Shown here piece after piece: positions 24,773 to 38,229 of a DNA stretch of 64,000 nt. Below the pieces are notes generated by a model that had not been told where the DNA came from, made no database searches, and was given only the letters and a program-made list of their open reading frames with translations. The DNA comes from Macrostomum hystrix (taxonomy: Eukaryota; Animalia; Platyhelminthes), in the NCBI GenBank assembly GCA_950097015.1, contig CATNEN010000003.1, positions 1,240,001-1,304,000 on the forward strand, written 5' to 3'. Position 1 is the stretch's first letter, and the number at the start of each line of letters is the position of its first letter. Made by a program: the position numbers and the translations under genes.

Positions 24773-25539
24773 GCTGCAGTGGAGTGCGCGCACGTTTCCA
24801 TGGACACACAGTCTTCCCGTGTGTACAGTTTCATCCTGGAAAATTCAGTTTTTTTTATCGAAAATATCTCGACAACATTCTTAACACTCTACTACTGGGA
24901 GTAAATTTTGTATCAGTAGCTTAGTTCGCTAATGGCATTCTTAATTTGTTACGGAAATTAACGATATGGTTGTGGGAAATTTATAGTCGTTAGTTTTATT
25001 ATGAGTAATTACAGTCAAACTGAATGTTTAATGTCCCTTCTTTTGCCTAACAATGGTTGCTGTGCTTTATTTTAATTCTTCCTTTGTTTATTTATATTTT
25101 ATTTTTTAGGGCGCACAAGAATGATTTGCTTGTTAATGTATTCGCACCTGCACTTTGCTATAAATATAATTCATTTTAATAAGTCCGTATTTCGTCTTCA
25201 GCCAGAATTTTGTCAGTTTGTTTATGCGTGTGTAATTATGTACCATAATGTACTTAGTGTAAAGTGTGTACAAACCTGCCCTCACGGTTGTCCAGTTTGC
25301 TTATTCAAATAGTTAACTTAATACGAAACATTTGCTTTTCCTGTGTGCTTGTTTCTCTATTCATTATTTCCTTTTTTAGCTTGTCGCTTTGTTCATTTGT
25401 TATAATCAACTGCAGACTTGTTCACTTATAAGCTTCACTGAACTCACAGCATAGCTACTCAGGCAGTCATACTCCAGATCGCTAGATCTTTTAATAATTC
25501 TTTAATAAACCCTCGATGGTTTTTACTGTTTCAATATCC

Positions 25540-28210
25540 CCTAATCCTTCCATTATCCCTTATTGGGATCATTCATTAATGCTCCCTAATCCCTTATTGA
25601 GATCAAACATTATCCCTCCCCTAATCCTTTATTTGTATCAGGCATTATTCCTGCCCGTAATCCCTCATTAGGAACAATCAATAATCCTCCCAAAATCCTT
25701 TTTTGGGATCAAGGATTAATCCATCCCTAATCTCCTACCAGGAACAAGCTTAAAACCCTCCCTAATCTATTATTAGAATCAAGCATCAATCCCTAATGCC
25801 TTATTAGAATCAATCATTAATCCCTAATCCCTTATTAGAATCAAGCATTAATCCCTAATCCCTTATTAGAATCAAGCATCAATCCCTAATACCTTATTAG
25901 AATCAATCATTAATCCCTAATCCCTTATTAGAATCAAGCATTAATCCCTAATCCCTTATTAGAATCAAGCATCAATCCCTAATACCTTATTAGAATCAAT
26001 CATTAATCCCTAATCCCTTATTAGAATCAATCATTAATCCCTAATCCCTTATTAGAATCAAGCATTAATCCCTAATACCTTATTAGAATCAAGCATTAAT
26101 CCCTAATCCCTTATTAGAATCAAGCATTAATCCCTAATCCCTTATTAGAATCAAGCATCAATTCCTAATACCTTATTAGAATCAATCATTAATCCCTAAT
26201 CCCTTATTAGAATCAAGCATTAATCCCTAATCCCTTATTAGAATCAAGCATCAATCCCGAATACCTTATTAGAATCAAGCATTAATCCCGAATACCTTAT
26301 TAGAATCAAGCATTAATCCCTAATCGCTTATTAGAATCAAGCATCAATCCGTAATCCCTTATTAGAATAAAGCATCAATCCGTAATCCCTTATTAGAATC
26401 AAGCATCAATCCGTAATCCCTTATTAGAATCAAGCATCAATCCCTAATCCCTTATTAGAATCAAGCATCAATCCCGAATACCTTATTAGAATCAAGCATT
26501 AATCCCTAATCCCTTATTAGAATCAAGCATTAATCCCTAATCCCTTATTAGAATCAAGCATTAATCCCTAATACCTTATTAGAATCAAGCATTAATCCCT
26601 AATCCCTTATTAGAATCAAGCATTAATCCCTAATCCCTTATTAGAATCAAGCATCAATTCCTAATACCTTATTAGAATCAATCATTAATCCCTAATCCCT
26701 TATTAGAATCAAGCATTAATCCCTAATCCCTTATTAGAATCAAGCATTAATCCCTAATACCTTATTAGAATCAAGCATTAATCCCTAATCCCTTATTAGA
26801 ATCAAGCATTAATCCCTAATCCCTTATTAGAATCAAGCATCAATTCCTAATACCTTATTAGAATCAATCATTAATCCCTAATCCCTTATTAGAATCAAGC
26901 ATTAATCCCTAATCCCTTATTAGAATCAAGCATTAATCCCTAATACCTTATTAGAATCAAGCATTAATCACTAATCCCTTATTAGAATCAAGCATTAATC
27001 CCTAATCCCTTATTAAATTCTAGCATTAATCCCTAATACCTTATTAGAATCAAGCATTAATCCCTAATCCCTTATTAGAATCAAGCATTAATCCCTAATC
27101 CCTTATTAAAATCAAGCATCAATCCCTAATCCCTTATTAGAATCAAGCATCAATCCCTAATCCCTTATTAAAATCAAGCATTAATCCATAATCCCTTATT
27201 AAAATCAAGCATCAATCCCTAATCCCTTATTAGAATCAAGCATTAATCCCTAATACCTTATTAGAATCAAGCATTAATCCCTAATCCCTTATTAGAATCA
27301 AGCATTAATCCCTAATCCCTAATTAAAATCAAGCATTAATCCCTAATACCTTATTAGAAGCAAGCATAAATCCCTAATCCCTAATTAAAATCAAGCAATA
27401 ATCCCTAATCCCTTATTAGAATCAAGCATTAATCCCTAATACCTTATTAGAAGCAAGCATTAATCCCTAATCCCTTATTAGAATCAAGCATTAATCCCTA
27501 ATACCTTATTAGAAGCAAGCATTAATCCCTAATACCTTATTAAAATCAAGCATCAATCCCTAATCCCTTATTAGAATCAAGCATTAATCCCTAATACCTT
27601 ATTAGAAGCAAGCATTAATCCCTAATCCCTTATTAGAATCAAGCATTAATCCCTAATACCTTATTAGAATCAAGCATTAATCCCTAATCCCTTATTAGAA
27701 TCAAGCATTAATCCCTAATCCCTAATTAAAATCAAGCATTAATCCCTAATACCTTATTAGAAGCAAGCATAAATCCCTAATCCCTAATTAAAATCAAGCA
27801 TTAATCCCTAATACCTTATTAAAATCAAGCATCAATCCCTAATCCCTTATTAGAATCAAGCATTAATCCCTAATACCTTATTAGAAGCAAGCATTAATCC
27901 CTAATCCCTTATTAGAATCAAGCATTAATCCCTAATACCTTATTAGAAGCAAGCATTAATCTCTAATCCCTTATTAGAATCAAGCATTAATCCCTAATCC
28001 CTTATTAAAATCAAGCATTAATCCATAATCCTTTATTAGAATCAAGCATCAATCCTTAATACCTTATTAGAAGCAAGCATTAATCCCTAATCCCTTATTA
28101 AAATCAAGCATTAATCTCTAATCCCTTATTAGAATCAAGCATTAATCCCTAATCCCTTATTAAAATCAAGCATTAATCTCTAATCCCTTATTAGAATCAA
28201 GCATTAATCC
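25540..28210. repeat. 31-bp minisatellite containing CCCTAA/TAATCCC
   Basis: ttattagaatcaagcattaatccctaatccc; degenerate 25540-25790, homogeneous thereafter. Confidence 0.96.
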
Positions 28211-28944
28211 CACCCTTTCTGTGATGCTGGCCTGACCATTCTAATATTAAACTAGTCAGCTCCTTAATCCTTCTATAAGTTTATCCATAGCCACAAATGT
28301 CTTATCCCTAAGCCTAAGCGCTAGTTGCTATGCTAAGAGACTGTTTAAAGTAGGCAGTGACCTTCACTAGTCACCCAATCATAGGTTCGCACAATTCTTA
28401 TGTATATTTTTAATAGCAGTTTTTTATGATTGAACCAACAAATCCCGAACCTGCTATCAGTCTGCCACTTTGCCAACTTGTCCAGTTTTAGTGAATTTTT
28501 ATTTATATGTAATTTGACATTTCCGCCAATTTTGATCACGGTGCAAGACTATCTCTGGTGTTGGTTGTTAAATTCTGTTCAGGATTCGTGTCAATTTATT
28601 ATTCACAATATCTGGACTAATCGATTTGATGATTTTAGTTTTCTAATCGTTTAATGAGGCGTTAATATTAGGTTAGCTCTGTGCAATGGCTAGTATATAG
28701 TAATACTATTTCCCAGCTGATTGTATTTCGACAAGCTGTTTGTAAGGTAGCCAAGAATTCACTTTGCTGCTTGCTGTTCAAATTTGAACTCGATAATAAT
28801 AAATGGACAAGTGAAGGCTGTGGAGACTGTCTAGAATTAATCATCTGCAGCGCCTGGTCACTAAGATATAAAGCTATAATTATGTGTTTTTGTTTGTTCC
28901 CTACTGGCTGTGGCAGTGGGCTGGCTATAATGGGAATTATAGTG

Positions 28945-30100
28945 TAGGGACATGGTGTAGGGATTGTGAGACATGGTGTAGGGATTATGAGACATGGTAT
29001 AGGGATTATGGGACATGGTATAGGGATTGTGGGACATGGTATAGGGATTGTGAGACATGGTATAGGGATTATGGGACATGGTATAGGGATTATGGGACAT
29101 GGTATAGGGATTGTGGGACATGGTATAGGGATTGTGGGACATGGTATAGGGATTGTGGGACATGGTATAGGGATTGTGAGACATGGTATAGGGATTATGG
29201 GACATGGTATAGGGATTGTGGGACATGGTATAGGGATTATGGGACATGGTATAGGGATTATGGGACATGGTATAGGGATTGTGGGACATGGTATAGGGAT
29301 TATGGGACATGGTATAGGGATTATGGGACATGGTATAGGGATTGTGGGACATGGTATAGGGATTGTGGGACATGGTATAGGGATTATGGGACATGGTGTA
29401 GGGATTATGGGACATGGTGTAGGGATTATGGGACATGGCATAGGGATTATGGGACGTGGTATAGGGATTGTGGGACATGGTATAGGGATTATGGGACATG
29501 GTGTAGGGATTATGGGACATGGCATAGGGATTATGGGACATGATATAGGGATTATGGGACATGGGATAGGGATTATGGGACATGGTATAGGGATTATGGG
29601 ACATGGTATAGGGATTATGGGACATGGCATAGGGATTATGGGACATAGTATAGGGATTATGGGACATGGCATAGGGATTATGGGAAATGTATAGGGATTA
29701 TGGGACATGGCATAGGGATTATGGGACATGATATAGGGATTATGGGACATGGGATAGGGATTATGGGACATGGTATAGGGATTATGGGACATGGTATAGG
29801 GATTATGGGACATGGTATAGGGATTATGGGACATGGTATAGGGATTATGGGACATGGGATAGGGATTATGGGACATGGTATAGGGATTATGGGACATGGT
29901 ATAGGGATTATGGGACATGGGATAGGGATTATGGGACATGGTATAGGGATTGTGGGACATGGTATAGGGATTATGGGACATGGTATAGGGATTGTGGGGC
30001 ATGATCTAGGGATTATGGGACATGGTATAGGGATTGTGGGGCATGATCTAGGGATTATGGGACATGGTTAGGGATTATGGGACATGGTATGGGGATTATG
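28945..30100. repeat. 21-bp G-rich minisatellite
   Basis: gggacatggtatagggattat; source of the MSHNPYT/GHGIGIM pseudo-ORFs. Confidence 0.96.
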
Positions 30101-30774
30101 GGTAGTAGTATAGGAATCGTAGGAGATATAATGGATATTATAGTAGACAGTATGGGGATTTCAAGAGATTTTGAGCTTTCGAGATTTAAAATGGTGGTCA
30201 TCATTGACGGGATTCGGGTAATGCAGGAGACATGATTGGGATTTTGAGATTGGGATAGGGACTCTGGGTAGGGATAAAGACGTGGATGAGTAGATACAGA
30301 TATGACAACTGTGTCAATTGTGAGTGTAATATACGAGACAGAATGGGAGATTAGAATACAACACACGGATTGATTGTGTCTTTTTAGCCATTGTTTTCAA
30401 GAGGCGCGCATAGTTATAAATTAATTTATAACTCTTACTTACTATAAGTACTACATTAGGGTCGGCAATTGCGTAGAGAAGTGTTTGTATTTTTTGTGCA
30501 ATCTTGTATCGGGTGCGCGCAATGTTTTCACAGCTAAAATTCTACTAAATTCTTGCCAAGCTGCAGCTCAACTTGTACACTGGTGGTGTGTCTCACAATT
30601 CGCACTTCAAGCACTTCATTATGCAAAGATTTGCTCAGGAACTGATCGCGATCAACTTGTGAAGCGAGTGATTTGTGTGTTTTACGGACTATGGGGGGAT
30701 AAATGAGTATAAATAGTCTATCCCTGACCTGACTGCTCCTGCCCGCTTGCCATATCCCTGATCTAACCCTCGTT

Positions 30775-32612
30775 CTCCCTGATCTACCCATCTGTGTCTC
30801 CCTGATCTACCCCTCTGTGTCTCCCTGATCTACCCCTCTGTGTCTCCCTGATCTACCCCTCTGTGTCTTCCTGATCTACCCCTCTGTCTCTCCCTGATAC
30901 ACCCCTCTGTGTCTTCCTGATCTACCCCTGAGTCTCCCTGATCTACCCCTCTGTGTCTTCCTTATCTACCCCTCTGTCTCTCCCTGATACACCCCTCTGT
31001 GTCTTCCTGATCTACCCCTGTGTCTCCCTGATCTACCCCTCTGTGTCTTCCTGATCTACCCCTCTGTCTCTCCCTGATACACCCCTCTGTGTCTTCCTGA
31101 TCTACCCCTCTGTGTCTTCCTGATCTACCCCTCTGTGTCTTCCTGATCTACCCCTCTGTGCCCCCTGATATACCCCTCTGTCTCTCCCTGATACACCCCT
31201 CTGTGTCTTCCTGATCTACCCCTGTGTCTCCCTGATCTACCCCTCTGTGTCTTCCTGATCTACCCCTCTGTGTCTCCCTGATCTACGTACCCCTCTGTGG
31301 TTCCCTGATCTACCCCTCTGTGTCTCCCTGATCTACCCATCTGTGTCTCCCTGATCTACCCCTCTGTGTCTCCCTGATCTACCCCTCTGTGTCTCCCTGA
31401 TCTACCCCTCTGTGTCTCCCTGATCTACCCCTCTGTCTCTCCCTGATCTACCCCTCTGTGTCTCCCTGATCTACCCATCTGTGTCTCCCTGATCTACCCC
31501 TCTGTGTCTCACTGATCTACCCATCTGTGTCTCCCTGATCTACCCCTCTGTCTCTCCCTGATCTACCCCTCTGTGTCTTCCTGATCTACCCCTCTGTCTC
31601 TCCCTGATACACCCCTCTGTGTCTTCCTGATCTACCCCTGAGTCTCCCTGATCTACCCCTCTGTGTCTTCCTTATCTACCCCTCTGTCTCTCCCTGATAC
31701 ACCCCTCTGTGTCTTCCTGATCTACCCCTGTGTCTCCCTGATCTACCCCTCTGTGTCTTCCTGATCTACCCCTCTGTCTCTCCCTGATACACCCCTCTGT
31801 GTCTTCCTGATCTACCCCTCTGTGTCTTCCTGATCTACCCCTCTGTGTCTTCCTGATCTACCCCTCTGTGCCCCCTGATATACCCCTCTGTCTCTCCCTG
31901 ATACACCCCTCTGTGTCTTCCTGATCTACCCCTGTGTCTCCCTGATCTACCCCTCTGTGTCTTCCTGATCTACCCCTCTGTGTCTCCCTGATCTACGTAC
32001 CCCTCTGTGGTTCCCTGATCTACCCCTCTGTGTCTCCCTGATCTACCCATCTGTGTCTCCCTGATCTACCCCTCTGTGTCTCCCTGATCTACCCCTCTGT
32101 GTCTCCCTGATCTACCCCTCTGTGTCTCCCTGATCTACCCCTCTGTCTCTCCCTGATCTACCCCTCTGTGTCTCCCTGATCTACCCATCTGTGTCTCCCT
32201 GATCTACCCCTCTGTGTCTCACTGATCTACCCATCTGTGTCTCCCTGATCTACCCCTCTGTCTCTCCCTGATCTACCCCTCTGTGTCTCCCTGATCTACC
32301 CCTCTGTCTCCCTGATACACCCCTCTGTGTCTTCCTGATCTACCCCTCTGTGTCTCCCTGATCTACCCCTCTGTCTCCCTGATCTACCCCTCTGTGTCTC
32401 CCTGATCTACTCCACCGTCTCCCTGATCTACTCCACCGTCTCCCTGATCTACTCCACCGTCTCCCTGATCTACTCCACCGTCTCCCTGATCTCCCTGTCT
32501 CCCTGATTTACCCTTTTTCCTCTATGATCTACCCCTTTTCCTCTATGATCTACCCCTTTTCCTCTATGATCTACCCCTTTTCCTCTATGATCTACCCCTC
32601 TGTCCCTGATCT
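30775..32612. repeat. 23-bp minisatellite with a ~710-bp internal duplication
   Basis: ctgatctacccctctgtgtctcc; the unique variant atctacgtac occurs at 31281 and 31991. Confidence 0.95.
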
Positions 32613-34304
32613 CCGAATCTCTGAAGCATTATTCGTACGAATTTTTTGCTATGTGACATTTTGGAATTCGCTAAAATGAAAAAAGTTCAGCAAAATATTT
32701 CAGTCAGGCCCCGTCTCGCATTCTGCTTAAGTCTCCCGCGAAAATTCCAATATCCGGTGTGCGTCGCTCATCCGCCAGATTCCCCGCCAGCCGGCCATTT
32801 TAGAGCAGACGTGAGTTATATAGATTTTAGTGAAAAGCTCCGAAGTTTTAGTGAATGCTCATCTGCCTTGCGCGCGCGCCGCATTTGTTTGCCCAATTCT
32901 CCTGCGTCCAGGGGGGCCTGTGGGCGGCCCGGCCCGGCCACCCACCCCGCCTCCGACCAACACAAACAAGATCGTCGGAAAACTTTCACTCAGTCCGCCC
33001 GCCGCCCCCTCCCCGGCTTGCTCTGCTTTTGTTGGCCGAGGGGTTCTGCTGTGTTTGCTCTGGGGCGTTGGTCGGGAGGCGAGTCGCTGAGAACCGACTC
33101 TCCGTGCCTACTTTTAGCGGCAGAGGAAAAACAGTCTCTAGTAAATGGGCCTGTTCCACGAATGTTCCTGGCTCTCTCACTCTCTCTCTATGGCCCCAAG
33201 CCCTTGCTGCTCAACTTGTTTGCCGAAGGAAAACCGGCTCTTTCTCTCTCTCAGCGCATGTGATTAAACTTTCAAACCTGAGTGAGTGCCCCGGTCGGCC
33301 CCTGACGTAGGTTGTCCATTGAATGCCTACTACTAAATAATAGGCTGCCAGTATAGTGAACCTCGCCTGTCTGCTTGAATCAGACAGCTCTGAAGTGTGG
33401 GTCGGATTGGGGTCGCCTGCCTCGCAACGCTGTTCTATAGAGGCGGGCTGATGCAAACATGTTTGGCGTTGTCATAGCAACCAGTCGGTCCCTGTTGATT
33501 TACCAGAGCCCGGCCAAACACCTGTCTCTGAAGCAGAAAATTGGCTAACAATGCATTGTAAGGCATTCATGGACTGCGGAAACTGAGCGCGAATATATTA
33601 TCGATTTTTTTTTCGGCGCCCGAAAAACAGCTCTAGGAAGAGAAGGATGGAAGCGGAACGGGTTGTTTGCTCTGCTTCCGCGCATCCTCAACTGACTAAG
33701 GGAGGGTGGGTTGTAGCGATGGCTCCGATTCCACAGTCGGGGTTGGGGAAGGGGTTGAGTTTCGAAGGCCGCACAGACCCTGCCTTATCAATTGTTTGCT
33801 CAATTTCTGCTCGCTTCTCTCCGCTGGTTCACCCCAGACTCTTCTCATCGGCAACTCAACGCCCCTTTGGCAAACACAGGCAGACCGGAGCCCTGACATC
33901 TTCCATTTCGCAGAGTTCAGGCTCAGTTCAGATCCTCTGCTCGCTTAATTCCAAGCATATCCTGCTTCTCATGCCAGTTTCAGCTGGAATCGAACGAGCT
34001 TTACTAAGATTATGTCCGGGAATAGACCTTAAGACTTCGATCTTCAAGCTGAGAGGTCTGAAGTTCGAATTCTCAATACTAAATTCACCATTGTTTCAAT
34101 TGCCCCAGCTATAAATTTGTAATAAATTTGGGTGATTCCATGGACCTCAGAATCAGTCCATGGACTAAACGGCTGTACATTGCTCAAACTGTGCTATGTG
34201 GCCTCTCTATCAGCCTAAAATAGAATAGTAACACTGGATCATTAAGTGAGTGGGGTAGGGTAATGAAGTAATTACGATTAGTTCTAAAATGAGTTCCACA
34301 ATGA

Positions 34305-34410
34305 GATGAGACCATTCTACAATTTGATCAGACCATTTTACAATTTGATCAGACCATTCTACAATTTGATCAGACCAATTTACTATAAGATTTGATCGTT
34401 CTACAATGAT
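34305..34410. repeat. Short 21-bp tandem repeat
   Basis: atttgatcagaccattctaca, ~4-5 copies. Confidence 0.8.
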
Positions 34411-35119
34411 ATTTGAACAATCTAAAATGATATTTATCATTCTGAAATGAGTTCAGACCTATAGACAAGTACTTATAAGTCTCTGTAATCGATGCCAAAT
34501 TAAAAAAAAATAAAAATCAGTAGTTGTGCAAACATGCACGGCACAATGAGCTGGGCAAAATTATGTATTTGCTCTGAATGTGTCCTAGCTAAGTATTGCA
34601 CGCTAATACAACTCGTCAGTTTCAACACTGTGAGGGAGGTGTTCTCCAATTTATTGGACACAGCTCAAATTGTAATGAAACTCCTTGCTTGCACTCAAAT
34701 GGAATCTTTTAGGGACTGAGCACGAGTGCCCCCTCTGCCCTGTGTGCTCAGCTCAAACTCTGAGCCTGAAAGTGTGAAAGTGAGAAATAGATAACGGACC
34801 TCGAGAATTGTTTGAGGAGCGGTGAGTTGGGAAATTTCTCTATCGAGTTCTCCCCACCTCCGCGTCTTCTGCGAGTCCCCACACTTAAAACATAACTTGA
34901 ATTGTTTGCTAACCGACTCACAAGCCCTCTAGCCAGCTGCTGTGGCTGCTAGACCGCATACAGCGCCTCAAATATTGCCTTCTGAGTTACAAGCTACAGA
35001 AATGGCAATGCGCTAAACACTTGTTTGACTCTCTGTGGACTCTGAATAGATTTGTCCTGTTCGAGTTATTGAAATTCAACTCTATTTAGAATCTATGGGA
35101 TCTAGATTTTTAGTCTATC

Positions 35120-35292
35120 CATCAATCAATCTACCAATCAATCAATCTATCAATCAACCTATCAATCGACGTATCAATCAATCAGAGTACCTATCAATCC
35201 ACTAACAATCAATCAATCAATCTATCTATATATCTATCAATAAGTATATCAATATATCAATCAATAGATCAACCAGTAACTGATTAATCAAC
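35120..35292. repeat. Degenerate (ATCA/ATCT)n microsatellite
   Basis: Runs of atca and atct. Confidence 0.8.
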
Positions 35293-35304
35293 CAGCAGGA
35301 AATT

Positions 35305-35400
35305 CTAACGACAAGCCTTCAAGCCTTCTCTCCGCGGTTGCGTCCTAAATTAAATGCGGCCTCGCCGCGGAATCGAACTCAGGACTTCGAAGCGAGAATT
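35305..35400 (-). mobile_element. Partial SINE family 1 copy
   Basis: acgacaagcc..aagccttctctccgcggttgcg..ggcctcgccgcggaatcgaactc matches 45622-45692. Confidence 0.7.
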
Positions 35401-35879
35401 CGGTCTATCTAGGCGAATTTCAATCCATCTATACTTATAGTCTATCTCACGGCTCCCATATCACAGCCCGCCAACAGAGATTACAGATTTTAGGCCTCGG
35501 CTGCTGAGGTCCAGACAGACGGGTGGTACCAGTGAACCTTATGAAGCCAGTTGAGCAAACAAGCTCAGTGTAGGGGAGGGGGAGAGATAGGGGAGCAATA
35601 GGAAAACTCGCTCATGCTCGCCTGACCCTGTGCGCAATCTTAGCCGCGTGCTCGCGGTTGTGTTTGCTTTGCGAACGGCTGGAAAAAAATGGAATCCATG
35701 CCCTGCCAGGGGCAACCTGTCCTCTGCGGGTGGTCCACCCACCTTCTGATGCCCCCAGGAGAATGACTGTGGGCGACCACCTTTAATAATTGGGAATTTC
35801 TAATCGACATCGATGACAGCGGAGCAAACTTCAGGCATTTGCGAGTTAATCAATTACTTTGAACTTAACTAGTGCCGTT

Positions 35880-36710
35880 GATCCCCTAGTCTATGATCCC
35901 CTAGTCTATGATCCCCTAGTCTATGATCCCCTAGTCTATGATCCCCTAGTCTATGATCCCCTAGTCTATGATCCCCTAATCTATGATCCCCTAGTCTATG
36001 ATCCCCTAGTCTATGATCCCTTAGTCTATGATCCCCTAGTCTATGATCCCCTAGTCTATGATTCCCTTGTCTATGATCCCCTAGTCTATGATCCCCTAGT
36101 CTATGATCCCCTAGTCTATGATCCCCTAGTCTAAGATTCCCTAGTCTATATCCCCTAGTCTATGATCCCCTAGTCTATGATCCCCTAGTCTATGATCCCC
36201 TAGTCTATGATCCCCTAGACTATGATCCCCTAGTCTATGATCCCCTTGTCTATGATTCCCTAGTCTATGATCCCCTTGTCTATGATCCCCTAGTCTATGA
36301 TCCCCTAGGATTGTCTCTGATCCCATAGGATTGCCTCTGATAATCTAGGATTGTCTCTGATCCCCTAGGATTGTCTCTGATCCTCTAGGATTGTCTCTGA
36401 TCCCCTAGGATTGTCTCTGATCCCCTAGGATTGTCTCTGATCCTCTAGGATTGTCTCTGATCCCCTAGGATTGTCTCTGATCCTCTAGGATTGTCTCTGA
36501 TCCCCTAGGATTGTCTCTGATCCCCTAGGATTGTCTCTGATCCCCTAGGATTGTCTCTGATCCCCTAGGATTGTCTCTGATCCTCTAGGATTGTCTCTGA
36601 TCCTCTAGGATTGTCTCTGATCCCCTAGGATTGTCTCTGATCCTCTAAGATTGTCTCTGATCCCCTAGGATTGTCTCTGATCCCCTAGGATTGTCTCTGA
36701 TCCCCAAAGG
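35880..36710. repeat. Abutting 15-bp (35880-36305) and 20-bp (36305-36710) minisatellites sharing a gatcccctag core
   Basis: gatcccctagtctat switches abruptly to gatcccctaggattgtctct. Confidence 0.95.
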
Positions 36711-38229
36711 TTTTTCTGATCCCTAGCAGTCCTGCTAAATCTTTTCTGGCTCCATTTATGCGATCAAAATAGATTGACAGCTCGAGGGTTTGCTTAAAGC
36801 TGCTTGGCGACTTCACTGTAGGTCAGTTTGTATTAGAGCAGCGAATGGGAAAAATCTAATTTCTAGGAAAATTAGCCCGTATAATCAATCGGCTATCACT
36901 TCTGTGTTGATTTTAGACATCAGCTCGGTCAGGTCAAACATCGACTGTTAAGCTAATAGCCGCATGGGCCGGGTATTTAATGAGCAAACAATATAAGGCA
37001 CATTGCCCCGCCTAACTGACAACTGACTGCTGGCAGAATTAATATATTTCAAAGTTGCTTCTTTGGCAAATAGACAGCGTGGAATCTGATTGCATGATTT
37101 AATTGAATGGGTGATTGATAGGTTTGAGAGAGAGAGTTGGGGAGCGTCAAGTCGAGTGTGTTACCTGGGGATTTGAAACTCGTCACGATAATGGAACTGG
37201 CGACAGAGGCACTTGCCAGCTATATGGGCTGAGAGAGAGACTGAGAAGATTGATAGAGACAAGAACAGATTGATAGAGACGAAAGCTGGTTGAAAAAAAC
37301 AAGGAGAGATTAATAAAAACAAGAACAAGGTAGGTAGAGACAAAGACAAGACTGATAGAGACAAAAATATCTGGATACAGACAACAGAGGCAATAAGAGA
37401 TTGATAGAGACAAGGGTAGATTGATGGAGGTAAGGAGAGATTGATAGAGACAAGGACAGATTGATGGAGACACAGAGTGACATATTGATCGGGGGAGAGA
37501 GGGAGATTTACTGAGAAGATGAGTTAAGGAAGAGACAGAAAACTGCCTAGTCCCAACACAGCCATGAAGGCTGGCCCATGACATGAGCATTAGACAGGAC
37601 AAATAGCATATTTGCTAAGCCTATGATTTGTGCTGCTGTATAAAAATCTCTACCATTCACCAACTCAGCGAGCAGTGCTCATTGTTGGTGTCGGAATCAT
37701 TATTAACTGCTATTAATATTATTATTATATGCGAGCACTTAAAGCACAATACACCCCGGCTCAAAGGTGTTGGGATAACTTACTGTACTCGATCCTCTAG
37801 AGGGGAGTGGGGTAGCAGTTAGGCTCAGTTCCCACATCCCTTACTAACTCAACCAAAAACCACTAGAGCTATAGAAGAGGCCCTTCTAATCTCCGCTAAC
37901 TAACTCCAGGCTCTGAATCCCACAGCATTACTTCATGCTGCATATAATTATGTGGCTTATACGCCCTTGTGGGTTATGAGAGTCGATGAATTAAATATTT
38001 GGGAGCTTTTCACATGCCAGTCCCGTGCACCTGCCCCCCCCTGCATGCCGCTTATACCAAGGTTTGTCTTTCTTAAATTCGCACTTGTCTGACACAGTTC
38101 TATAATATAGGCCTTCTATACCTTGATGTACTCTCAATGTACACTATAACACATTATTGCTTGCACATTCTCATTAACCTTTTTTAAAGTGCCTATTCAC
38201 TAACAAATACAAATACAAAGTCCCGAAAT

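Larger units (their letters stand above)
32886..36990. promoter_or_regulatory. Candidate enhancer region 3' of FoxA with clustered forkhead motifs
   Basis: 12 exact TGTTTGC/GCAAACA sites in ~4.1 kb of non-coding, partly GC-rich DNA. Confidence 0.45.

Noticed and set aside
24773-25320. Pumilio autoregulation through its own 3' UTR
   Set aside because: Many UGUA cores, but no complete UGUANAUA was found by eye.
28668-30071. Long ORFs (MSHNPYT, GHGIGIM, WYRDYGT repeats)
   Set aside because: Stop-free frames of a 21-bp repeat on both strands.
30708-30775. CTAACCCT (telomerase-template-like) downstream of a TATAAATA
   Set aside because: It is a degenerate first unit of the adjacent 23-bp minisatellite (ctgatctacccct). 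No convincing telomerase RNA template was seen elsewhere in the window.
32646-34114. GC-rich ORFs of 150-205 aa
   Set aside because: No recognisable domains, overlapping frames and no splice logic; more consistent with regulatory DNA.
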